Shown: piece by piece, positions 17,391 to 25,882 of the stretch
Layout of the letters: every line of letters begins with the position of its first letter
How positions within the stretch are numbered: position 1 is the stretch's first letter
Assembly (NCBI GenBank): GCA_964648845.1
Contig: CAZYNO010000001.1
Span: 1-33,943 of the forward strand
Direction of reading: 5' to 3'
DNA: 33,943 bases
Origin: an uncultured Bacteroides sp.
GTDB lineage: Bacteria; Bacteroidota; Bacteroidia; Bacteroidales; Muribaculaceae
The notes under the pieces: model-generated
What the model was told of the DNA's origin: nothing
The model's database searches: none
Seen by the model: only the letters and a program-made list of their open reading frames with translations
Program-made: the position numbers and the translations under genes

Positions 17391-18392
17391 CTATAGTAAT
17401 TTCAAGTTAAATGCTTCGTCGTAAGGAATTAAGTTGTGCGTTTGGGCGTAGTTTTGCCAAGCGCTTTCCTTATGGCTCGCTTCGATTATTTCAGTTACGC
17501 TTAGAGACTTGAGATTTGTCACTACGTGATCAATAGTTTCGGTTTCGGTTTTTGAAAGCGAGCCAAAGGTTGTATTGTCTGTGCATGTTAGCAATGTGCT
17601 GACAATGTTGTGAGCTTTAACCAACTTTTTTTCGAGTGTAGGTATGTTGTCGTATATCGTTGCGTAGTGCTCAGGTGCGGGGCCATAGTTCATCGCGCAG
17701 TACTGAAGTCCACTAATAGATTGCCCGCATTTTCGGTAGTTGTAGAAGTCAGAATAAAACATCATCTTATTCAACTTTGTAGGAAATATTTCGCCGTGTT
17801 TTTTTACAATGTAAAGCACTGTTTCAAAGAGCTTGGCGATGTTTTTGTATCCATACCCATTGAATATGGTTCGTTTATCATCATTGAATATAACGCCGTA
17901 GAGACAAGAATAAGGGTCTTCTTGAAATTCGCTCATGCGTATTGAGGTTAAAATGCGGTTGTACTCACCCGGAAGGAAGCTGTCTTTGCACTCAGATAGC
18001 AGAGATAATATCACATCTTTGTTTTTAATTGCAGCAATCATTTTGCCATTTGACTCAGAAGGCACCTCTCCTGCTTCATACTTGGCATACTGATTAGCTC
18101 CGAATCCGAGTATACGAGATATTTGTGAATAATTAAGCCCATATCTTAGACGGATATTTTTAATTTCGTCGGCAAATGGTATGCCGTGACGAATGCGATA
18201 TTGCGAGTAGAGGTCGTTAAATTGCAAAGTATCTTGTTCGGTGGTGGTGAATTGTTCACCGGTATCTTCGCAAATGCAATATCTAACGTGCACAATGAAT
18301 TTCTCTTTACGAAATTCTTTTTCTTCAGTGGTGCTTACTTCTTTGACCTTACCACCGGTAAGCGGACTTTTCAGGTCGATGTAGCGTTCCAT
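17391..18392 (-). CDS. Type II antitoxin: MqsA-like N-terminal domain + XRE HTH + DUF4065 (SocA/Panacea)
   Basis: KSPLTGG...FRKEKF...CICEDTGEQFTT; HTH IKNIRLRYGLNYSQISRILGFGANQYAKYEAGEVP; Panacea motifs TKLNKMMFYSDF, YGPAP, SHKESAW. Confidence 0.85.
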   Translation of the reverse strand: MERYIDLKSPLTGGKVKEVSTTEEKEFRKEKFIVHVRYCICEDTGEQFTTTEQDTLQFNDLYSQYRIRHGIPFADEIKNIRLRYGLNYSQISRILGFGANQYAKYEAGEVPSESNGKMIAAIKNKDVILSLLSECKDSFLPGEYNRILTSIRMSEFQEDPYSCLYGVIFNDDKRTIFNGYGYKNIAKLFETVLYIVKKHGEIFPTKLNKMMFYSDFYNYRKCGQSISGLQYCAMNYGPAPEHYATIYDNIPTLEKKLVKAHNIVSTLLTCTDNTTFGSLSKTETETIDHVVTNLKSLSVTEIIEASHKESAWQNYAQTHNLIPYDEAFNLKLL

Positions 18393-18394
18393 AA

Positions 18395-18748
18395 TTACGT
18401 CTTTTTAAATGGATAATTTAGCGGATATTCTGCCTCGTGAAATGAAATGCAAATGGTTTTGCTACCCGGCACGCCTAATGATATTTTTATGTATAATTCG
18501 GTGCCGTCATAGTCTTTACCAAATACCCACATTTCTCCGAATGCGGCTTCATCTATAATGGAGTGTGAATAGTCGTCCTTTTCAATTTTTTTTATTATTT
18601 CTTCGCGAGCGACCGGTGTGATACCGAGTGCTCGAAGAGCTTCTTCATTTTTGTCTCGATGCAAGAAGATAATACCCCAAATGTTAAATTTAGGTTTGAA
18701 TTCGCGGAGAAAAGCCTCCACTTCTTGCTCAGTTTTGGTTGTAATCAT
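18395..18748 (-). CDS. MqsR-like (RelE superfamily) toxin
   Basis: EVEAFLREFK...RDKN..AL..LGI...MWVFGK...ELYIKI...CISFHEAE; ends 2 nt upstream of the antitoxin (toxin-first order). Confidence 0.82.
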   Translation of the reverse strand: MITTKTEQEVEAFLREFKPKFNIWGIIFLHRDKNEEALRALGITPVAREEIIKKIEKDDYSHSIIDEAAFGEMWVFGKDYDGTELYIKISLGVPGSKTICISFHEAEYPLNYPFKKT

Positions 18749-18768
18749 CTTTGGAAGAGTTTACGGTG

Positions 18769-18821
18769 CAAATATACACTTTATAATTTGAAATACAAAA
18801 TATATACCACTATAAAGTGTA
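18769..18821 (-). promoter_or_regulatory. TA promoter with an overlapping 11-bp inverted repeat
   Basis: Minus strand TTTG (18796-18799), 19 nt spacer, TATATTTG (18769-18776); IR TACACTTTATA (18775-18785) / TATAAAGTGTA (18811-18821). Confidence 0.75.
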
Positions 18822-18841
18822 ATGCTTTTTGATGTTTGTTT

Positions 18842-20743
18842 TTAGCGGAGGGAGTCGAGGAGGGCGGGTGATGGCGACTCGAAGTTGGTGATGGGCAAGT
18901 GGATGTGCTGCATGGCGGGGAGAGTGTGCACCGGGGTGAAGCCTTCGATGGGAAGGTGTGAGTATTGTTGGAAGTAGAGCAGGCAGGCATCGCGCCACCA
19001 GACGGCGTCTTTGAGCTGTGTGTCGAGGCGCGTGGCAATGTCGGCATAGAGGTCGGCAGCTACGTATGGCTGCATGGATTGCCATGTCGGTATCATTGTG
19101 TGTGCCACATAGTCAACGCCGATGTTGTAGCGATGGCAGAGTTCGCTCCACAGGCTGCGCCCCGACTGCATGTGGTGTGTCCAGGGCACGTGGTGAAACC
19201 ACAGCAGCAACTCGTCGGGACATGTTTGCACGTCGTCAACGTAGCGGGCGTAGATGCCGGGATATTCGTCGACGGCGTTGCTGCCGGTTGATGAGCGGTC
19301 GAAGCCTATGCCGAGGCTGTCGGCGCGGTGATAGTAGCGCGGCATCCAATCGGGCCGTGCGTTGGGAATGTCGCACCATGGCTCGGGGCCGTAGTGGTGT
19401 CCCCAGGCAAAGAGATGGTGCAATCCCAGCGGCATCATATAGTTTACGGCAGCCTCGCGAGTGCCGCAAAGCATGTCGGTGAATTGGCTGCGGACGCTGT
19501 CGGGCAGAGACGGGATTGTTTGCTGTGACCACTCGTCGGCAATGGCTTTAGGCGATAGCTCCGGACACCAGGCGAGGCGGCCGAAGGCATACCAGTTAGC
19601 TTGGGCGAGAGTGTTGCCGGTCCAATTGTCGGCGTCGCCGATGTTTGCCACACCTGCCACGCCTTTGAGTATGTTCAGCGATAGAGAGTTGAAAAATTCG
19701 CTCCATAGCGATGCCAGATACACCACATGGTTTGCTTGGCCCAGATATTCCTGCGTGATTTGCAGCTCTGCCATGACGTTGGTGTTTGGCATGTCGCAAA
19801 GCAGCGGGTTCAGCGGCTCACGCGGCTGAAAGTCGATGGGGCCGTTTTTTATTTGCACAAAAACGTTGTCGTCAAATTTGCCGTCGAGGGGTGAAAATTC
19901 GATGTATGCTTGCTTAGCGCGGTCGTCATCGGTGGGCGAGTAGACAAATGCGCGCCACATCACTATGCCGTTGTGCGGGCGAAGCGCGCGAGCCAGCATA
20001 TTTGCACCGACGGCGTGCGAGCGTCCGAAGTCGCAAGGCCCGGGTTGGCCTTCGGAATTTGCTTTCACAAGAAAGCCGCCAAAGTCGGGAATTTTTGCGT
20101 ATATGCTGTCAACTTTTTTCTGCCACCAAGCCACAACGTCGTCGTTGTATGGGTCGGCAGTGCGCAAATTGCCTATACGCATCGGTGAGGCGAAATTTAC
20201 CGACAGATACACACGTATGCCGTAGCGCCGCAGCACATCGGCAATGCGTGCCACTTTGGTGATATATTTGTCGGTGAGTATAGTCGGCGAGGCGTTGACA
20301 TTGTTGAGCACCGTGCCGTTTATGCCCACCGAGGCACACGCTTGGGCATACTCGGCGTAGCGCGGTGAGATGCTGTCGGGCAGCTCTTCCCAGCGCCAAA
20401 TGCTGCTGCCGGCATATCCGCGCTCAACGGTGCCGTCGAGGTTGTCCCAATGGTTGAGTATGCGCAGCGAGTATTGGGGCACACTGACCACGTGCGTCAG
20501 CGTGTCGAGTTGTCCGCAAGCCTTCATGCGTTGCAGGGCGTAGCGGCCATACATCAGTCCGCGCCACGTGCCGGCGGTGACTACGATGCCGGCGGCGTCT
20601 TTGCTGATGGCATAACCCTCGTCGCCCAATTCGGAATCTACGTCAATGCGTTGCACGGCGCGCACGGTGTCGCTTGACAGCCAAAGGTTGGCGTGCGCCA
20701 CCGCGGCAATAACCAATGCGGTGAGCAGAAAAAATTTGCGCAT
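18842..20743 (-). CDS. aguA: Alpha-glucuronidase, GH67
   Basis: Signal peptide; LNHWDNLDGTVERGYAG, NNVNA, VKANSEGQPGP, IKNGPIDFQPREP, ELQITQEYLGQ, LLWFHH, WWRDACLLYF. Confidence 0.95.
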   Translation of the reverse strand: MRKFFLLTALVIAAVAHANLWLSSDTVRAVQRIDVDSELGDEGYAISKDAAGIVVTAGTWRGLMYGRYALQRMKACGQLDTLTHVVSVPQYSLRILNHWDNLDGTVERGYAGSSIWRWEELPDSISPRYAEYAQACASVGINGTVLNNVNASPTILTDKYITKVARIADVLRRYGIRVYLSVNFASPMRIGNLRTADPYNDDVVAWWQKKVDSIYAKIPDFGGFLVKANSEGQPGPCDFGRSHAVGANMLARALRPHNGIVMWRAFVYSPTDDDRAKQAYIEFSPLDGKFDDNVFVQIKNGPIDFQPREPLNPLLCDMPNTNVMAELQITQEYLGQANHVVYLASLWSEFFNSLSLNILKGVAGVANIGDADNWTGNTLAQANWYAFGRLAWCPELSPKAIADEWSQQTIPSLPDSVRSQFTDMLCGTREAAVNYMMPLGLHHLFAWGHHYGPEPWCDIPNARPDWMPRYYHRADSLGIGFDRSSTGSNAVDEYPGIYARYVDDVQTCPDELLLWFHHVPWTHHMQSGRSLWSELCHRYNIGVDYVAHTMIPTWQSMQPYVAADLYADIATRLDTQLKDAVWWRDACLLYFQQYSHLPIEGFTPVHTLPAMQHIHLPITNFESPSPALLDSLR

Positions 20744-20760
20744 AAGAGAGAGCTTTTTTA

Positions 20761-21738
20761 TTATTCTTCGCCGGTGCCGCCGCCGTCGATGGTGAGGATG
20801 TGGCCTTCGGCGTCGTATTGCAATTCAACAACTTTGAGGCTGCGCAGCCAGGTGATGCCGTTAGAGGGCACACAGTCGTGGTGGAACAGATACCATTTGC
20901 CTTTATATTCGACAATGGCGTGGTGAGTGGTCCAGCCCACAACGGGAGTCATGATGCAGCCTTGATAGACAAATGGGCCGTAGGGATTGTCGCCTATGGC
21001 ATAGCAGAGGCGATGCGTGTCGCCGGTAGAGTATGAGAAGTAATATTTGCCGTTGTATTTGTGTATCCACGAGGCTTCAAAAAAGCGGTGGCGATTGTCG
21101 CCGGCTTTGAGCGGCAAGCCGTGCTTGTCGAGGATGATAACCGGACGCGGCTCTTCGGCAAATTGCAGCATATCGTCGCTGAGACGCACCACGCGCGAAG
21201 GTATGGCGTCTTGGCAGTCGGGGTTGAGGTGCGGGTCTTCAAGGGCTTTGTTGTCGCGATAGCGTTGCAGTTGGCCGCCCCACAGACCGCCGAAATACAT
21301 GTAGTATGCGTCGCCGTCTTTGAGTATTGCCGGGTCGATAGAGTAGCTGCCGCGTATAGGATCGGGCTGCGGAATGAACGGGCCTTCGGGCTTGTCGGCA
21401 ATAGCTACGCCGATGTGAAACACGTCGTTTTTGTCTTTGAGAGGGAAGTACATGAAGTATCTGCCGTTTTTCTCTGCCACGTCGCAGTCCCAAAGTTGGC
21501 GTCCCGCCCAAGGAATGTCGGCAACGTCAAGAATTTTGCCGTGGTCAATCACTTCGCCCTCCAAGGGGTCGTCGGTAGAGAGCACGTGATAATCTTGCAT
21601 CTCAAAGTGGTCGCCGTTGTCGTTTTGGGCGGCACCGCTGTCGCGGTCGTGCGAGGGATAGATGTATATGCGGCCGTTGAACACGTGCACTGCAGGGTCG
21701 GCCATGTAGTCGCTCGGGAAGAGATACCTTTGTTTCAT
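20761..21738 (-). CDS. Cytoplasmic beta-xylosidase/alpha-arabinofuranosidase, GH43 (Xsa/XynB-like, subfamily 1)
   Basis: YMADPAVHVFNGRIYIYPSHD, SIDPA, FGGLWGGQLQ, FFEASW, GWTTHH; no signal peptide. Confidence 0.93.
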   Translation of the reverse strand: MKQRYLFPSDYMADPAVHVFNGRIYIYPSHDRDSGAAQNDNGDHFEMQDYHVLSTDDPLEGEVIDHGKILDVADIPWAGRQLWDCDVAEKNGRYFMYFPLKDKNDVFHIGVAIADKPEGPFIPQPDPIRGSYSIDPAILKDGDAYYMYFGGLWGGQLQRYRDNKALEDPHLNPDCQDAIPSRVVRLSDDMLQFAEEPRPVIILDKHGLPLKAGDNRHRFFEASWIHKYNGKYYFSYSTGDTHRLCYAIGDNPYGPFVYQGCIMTPVVGWTTHHAIVEYKGKWYLFHHDCVPSNGITWLRSLKVVELQYDAEGHILTIDGGGTGEE

Positions 21739-21750
21739 GTTAGTAAGATT

Positions 21751-24375
21751 TTAGTTAGGTGAATTATAGTTTGCTGTAGCGTAGACTCCTACGGCTGTGC
21801 CGGTGAAGTTTCCGGCGGTTTTGGTGCTGAGGATGTCGGCGCTGATGTGTTGAGTCAAGTAGTGATCGTTGGCGCAGAAATAGTAGTTTCCTTTGCCGTC
21901 GGCTTTGATTTTGAGGTTGATGGTGGGGCTGTCGACGAGGCAAGAATAAGTGTCGGCGTTGTCGCCGCATTTTTGCGACAGTTTCAGACACAGATTGTTA
22001 TCGTCGTCGAGCGAGAGTCCGAAGGTGATGTAGTTGTCGTCGCCCTGGAAGAGCACCATGCCGGCAAAGTCGTCGGCTGTCTCGGGGTTGAATGTCACTG
22101 TTGTTGATGCTTCAAAAGCAAGTTCGGTGACCCAGCGGCACACCATTGCCGGAGCTTTGCGGTCAACGAGTTTGGTGGATTTTGCATCGAGCACAAGGTT
22201 GCCGTTATCTATGGTGTAGAACTGTTTTGCGGGGTTGCGCAAATAGAAAGCATCGTAGCTGAGGTCGCCGTCGTGCCACAGCCGCGCGTTCACAACTTTG
22301 CGCGGAGCTATGGCAATGGGTGCTTCGGGATATTGTATCACCGGCTGACCGTCAATCCACTGCACGGGGAGCATGTATGTTTCGCGGCCCATGATGTCAT
22401 GGCCGTCTGTGCCGTTCGGGCGCACGGCAAGAAATACGGCATACCAATTGCCGTCGGGGCCTTCAACCAGGTCGGCGTGTCCGGCGCAAGTCACGGGGTT
22501 TGCACGGTTGCTGTCAAGATTGCGCTGAGTGAGTATGGGGTTTATTTTGCACGGTGTGAACGGTTTGTCGAGGCTTTCGGTTTCGAGCAATACCTCGCTG
22601 TGGTTTGGCCCGGTGCCGCCTTCGGCGCACATCAGGTAGTATTTGCTGCCGATGTGATAAAGGTGCGGGCCTTCAATCCATACCGGTTTTTCTGCCGGAT
22701 TGATGCCGCCGTTGAGTATCATGCGTTGCTGCCCGACAACTTTGCCGGTGTGCCAATCAAATTCGCGAATGTATATAGCGCGGTGTCCCGAGTATAGCTC
22801 GTTGCCTTCGGGCACGTCGTTGTTCACAATGTAAGCTTTGCCGTCGTTGTCGAAGAAGAACGACGGGTCGATGCCTCCCACTTCGGGCAGCCATACGGGG
22901 TCGCTCCAGGTCTGCGTTTTGGGGTCGGTGGTGGTGACATAGTAGTTGCCGCCTCCGCCCACGTTGGTATTTATCATGTAGAAGAGCTTGTTGGCGGGGT
23001 TATAGGCCAACTGCGGGGCATATACGCCGCCCGAAATGCGCAAGCTGTCAGCTATTTGCAGCTGCGACGGCCGGTTGAGCACGTAGCCGAGACGCTCCCA
23101 ATTTTTGAGGTCGGTGCTGTGCCATATTGGCACGCCGGGAAAGAATACGAACGATGAGTTTGCCAAATAGTAGTCGCCGCCGACTTTGAGGATTGTGGGG
23201 TCGGGATAGCAGCCGGGCAGCAGCGGGTTGGGTGTGCTGATGCTGCCGTTGGGCACGTCGTATGAAAATGCCGAGAATGTGGCTTTGCGCGGGTTGATAT
23301 ACTCTTGCAAGAAAGGCTTGGCATTGCCGTTGCGGTCGAAGGCGAGGGGATAGTCGGTGCGCCCTTTGATTGGCCACTTGTTCTTCCACGAGTCGCCGTC
23401 GGTCACGCCCCAAAAGTTCACGCGGTCAATGTCGTTGCTATGCTTTAGCAGCATATCCATAAAGCGAGTCATACGGTCGTTCCAGGTTTTTGAAACGTCG
23501 GCGGGAAGGCCGTCTTTGTATGGGTCGGCTTCTTGCGAATAAGCAAGCTTGTCGGAGATGTTTGCACCGCGTATTTTTGTTGGCAGCGCGCTCATGTCGA
23601 GCTCGGTGATATTGACTTTGCAGCCTAAGGCGGCAAAAGTGTTTATCGACTTTTCAAACTCGGCAAAGTCGGGATAGTCCATGCCGATGTGGCTCTGCAT
23701 GCCGATAGCGTCGATGCGCAGCCCTTCAGCTTTGAGTTGCTGCACAATTTTCACCACTGTGGCGCGGCGATTGGGGTTGTCCATGCCATAGTCGTTGTAG
23801 TATAGCTCGGCGTCGGGGTCGGCTTCGTGAGCATATTTGAAGGCGAGAGATATGTATTCGTCGCCGAGAATTTGGTAGAACGGGCTGTTGCGCATAGAGC
23901 CGTTGTCGAGCACCGCCTCGTTGACCACATCCCAGCCTTTAATGCGGCCTTTGTAGCGCTGCATGATAGTGAATATGTGGTCGTGCATGCGTTGTTTGAG
24001 CACGTCGGCGCTCACTTGATTTCCGTGTTTGTCAACACAAAACCATTTGGCGAGTTGCGAGTGCCAAATCAGACAGTGTCCGACGATGAACATATTGTTC
24101 GCCTCGCCAAACTTCACAAACTTGTCGGCTTGAGTCCAGTTGTATTTGTTTTGCTTGGGGTGAATGTTTTCCGACTTCATCACGTCCTCAGCCACGATAG
24201 AGTTGAAATTGTAGGCTGCTATTTGTGCGCCTTGCTTGTCGGCACCGGCAACCTGGCGCTCGTTGACCGCGCAGCCGAGCATGAATTTGTCGGCGAAGGC
24301 GCTGTGAGCCGGGCGCTGAGCTTTTGCGGCGAGGCAAAGCAGGGCGGTGAGAGTCAGTGTTATGAGCGATTTCAT
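21751..24375 (-). CDS. Bimodular GH10 endo-xylanase + GH43 xylosidase/arabinofuranosidase
   Basis: SPI signal; GH10 motifs ([35 protein letters not shown]), then GH43 motifs ([29 protein letters not shown]) and a C-terminal beta-sandwich. Confidence 0.92.
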   Translation of the reverse strand: MKSLITLTLTALLCLAAKAQRPAHSAFADKFMLGCAVNERQVAGADKQGAQIAAYNFNSIVAEDVMKSENIHPKQNKYNWTQADKFVKFGEANNMFIVGHCLIWHSQLAKWFCVDKHGNQVSADVLKQRMHDHIFTIMQRYKGRIKGWDVVNEAVLDNGSMRNSPFYQILGDEYISLAFKYAHEADPDAELYYNDYGMDNPNRRATVVKIVQQLKAEGLRIDAIGMQSHIGMDYPDFAEFEKSINTFAALGCKVNITELDMSALPTKIRGANISDKLAYSQEADPYKDGLPADVSKTWNDRMTRFMDMLLKHSNDIDRVNFWGVTDGDSWKNKWPIKGRTDYPLAFDRNGNAKPFLQEYINPRKATFSAFSYDVPNGSISTPNPLLPGCYPDPTILKVGGDYYLANSSFVFFPGVPIWHSTDLKNWERLGYVLNRPSQLQIADSLRISGGVYAPQLAYNPANKLFYMINTNVGGGGNYYVTTTDPKTQTWSDPVWLPEVGGIDPSFFFDNDGKAYIVNNDVPEGNELYSGHRAIYIREFDWHTGKVVGQQRMILNGGINPAEKPVWIEGPHLYHIGSKYYLMCAEGGTGPNHSEVLLETESLDKPFTPCKINPILTQRNLDSNRANPVTCAGHADLVEGPDGNWYAVFLAVRPNGTDGHDIMGRETYMLPVQWIDGQPVIQYPEAPIAIAPRKVVNARLWHDGDLSYDAFYLRNPAKQFYTIDNGNLVLDAKSTKLVDRKAPAMVCRWVTELAFEASTTVTFNPETADDFAGMVLFQGDDNYITFGLSLDDDNNLCLKLSQKCGDNADTYSCLVDSPTINLKIKADGKGNYYFCANDHYLTQHISADILSTKTAGNFTGTAVGVYATANYNSPN

Positions 24376-25791
24376 TTATTCGGCGTTGTTGCGTTTAGCG
24401 ATTTCGCGATTGATATTGTCAATCACATCGTCGTCGAGTTCGTATTTAGAGATGATAAACATGGCGAGCACGAGCAATATTGCGGGTATCACAGCCACGA
24501 GCCAAAGGATGCCTTGCTCGGCAAACGGTGTTTGTGTGGCGAGGTCTTTGTTGAAGCCCACAAACGAGAGCACTAATCCGGGCACCACGCCGCCGAGTGC
24601 CATGCCGGCTTTGTAGAATATGCCGGTGAGGGCGTTGACAATTCCGGCAATGCGACGTCCGTGGGTATATTCGCCATAGCTTATCACTTCAGGCACCAGA
24701 GCCCACATGTAGCCGGTGGCAACAATCACGCCCGACGATTTAATGAATTGAGCCACGTAGACAATCCACATTTGGCTTTTCAGCGAGGGCACTACCGACA
24801 CAATGTAGAGTATTGCCATGCCAACGATTGCGGTGATGAGGAAGATGTAGAACATTCCTTTTTTGCCGACTTTGCGCTTTATGGCGGGGATGAGCGGCAT
24901 GAATATGAATGCCGGGATTGAGCCTAAAGCCATGAATATCGACAGCTGAGTGGCTGTGCCGTTGAGGTTGTAGTTTATGTAGTATGCGCCTGCCGAGTTG
25001 CCGACAGCCATCATTGCGAAGGCGGTGATGAAGAAGAAGGCGAGTATGCGCAGCGGACGATTGTGCACAAACTCCATCCAGAGGTCAGACACTTTGACGT
25101 TTGCTGTCTCTTTTTGCTGCATCACCACGCGCTCGCGGCATTGTGCGAAGCAGAACACCAGCAAGGCGAGGCCCACAAGACCGTAGATTGTCATGGTGGT
25201 GAACCATGCCGAGGGCGACTCGGGCATCTTGTCGCCTTGGTCGCCGCTGATGAGCTTGACGATGATGGGCACACCCATGCCCACGGCAAGGCCGCCAAGG
25301 TTTGCCATAAACATGCGAGTTGATGTGAGAATGGTGATTTCGTCGGTGTCGCGTGTGAGTGAGGCGTTGAGAGCACCGTAGGGCACGTTGACCAGCGTGT
25401 AGCACATCGACAGCCCCACGTAAGTCACATAGGCATAGAGCAGTGAGCCCGAAAATCCGTTCCAGAAGCATAAAATTGCGAAGCCGGTGAGGGGTATGCC
25501 GCCGAGCACAAGATATGAGCGGTATTTGCCGGCTTTGGGGTTGTGCTTATCAACGAAAGTGCCCACAAGAGGGTCCCAAATCACGTCGATTATTCTGACT
25601 ATCAAAAACATCACGGCAGCCACTGCGGGCTCAAGTCCGTAGACATTGGTATAGAAAAATAATAAATACATGCCTATGGTTTGGTAGATGAGATTTTGTG
25701 CCAAATCGCCCGAACCAAAGCCAATGCGTTGCAACCACGAGAGTTTATAGAAACCGTCGTTGTTTGAATGAGCAATAGAGTTAGAGTTCAT
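24376..25791 (-). CDS. Glycoside-pentoside-hexuronide (GPH/MFS) transporter, XynT-like
   Basis: RIGFGSGDLAQN, RIIDVIWDPLVGTFVD, YTLVNVPYGAL; about 12 TM helices. Start at MNSNS (25791), downstream of a promoter. Confidence 0.92.
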   Translation of the reverse strand: MNSNSIAHSNNDGFYKLSWLQRIGFGSGDLAQNLIYQTIGMYLLFFYTNVYGLEPAVAAVMFLIVRIIDVIWDPLVGTFVDKHNPKAGKYRSYLVLGGIPLTGFAILCFWNGFSGSLLYAYVTYVGLSMCYTLVNVPYGALNASLTRDTDEITILTSTRMFMANLGGLAVGMGVPIIVKLISGDQGDKMPESPSAWFTTMTIYGLVGLALLVFCFAQCRERVVMQQKETANVKVSDLWMEFVHNRPLRILAFFFITAFAMMAVGNSAGAYYINYNLNGTATQLSIFMALGSIPAFIFMPLIPAIKRKVGKKGMFYIFLITAIVGMAILYIVSVVPSLKSQMWIVYVAQFIKSSGVIVATGYMWALVPEVISYGEYTHGRRIAGIVNALTGIFYKAGMALGGVVPGLVLSFVGFNKDLATQTPFAEQGILWLVAVIPAILLVLAMFIISKYELDDDVIDNINREIAKRNNAE

Positions 25792-25819
25792 TATTATAGA
25801 TTTAAGTGTTAGAGCAAAT

Positions 25820-25860
25820 AATTCGGTGCAAAAATAAAGTTTTGCACCGAATTTTGCAAA
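25820..25860 (-). promoter_or_regulatory. Sigma-A promoter of the xylan degradation operon embedded in a 14-bp palindrome
   Basis: Minus strand TTTG (25857-25860), 20 nt spacer, TATTTTTG (25829-25836); IR AATTCGGTGCAAAA (25820-25833) / TTTTGCACCGAATT (25840-25853). Confidence 0.75.
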
Positions 25861-25882
25861 CAAAAAATGCATTTTGTAGGCA

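Noticed and set aside
17381-18852. GGAGGG on both sides of the TA islet as a possible target-site duplication
   Set aside because: Only 6 bp, one copy lies inside the aguA coding sequence, and no transposase or terminal repeats are present.
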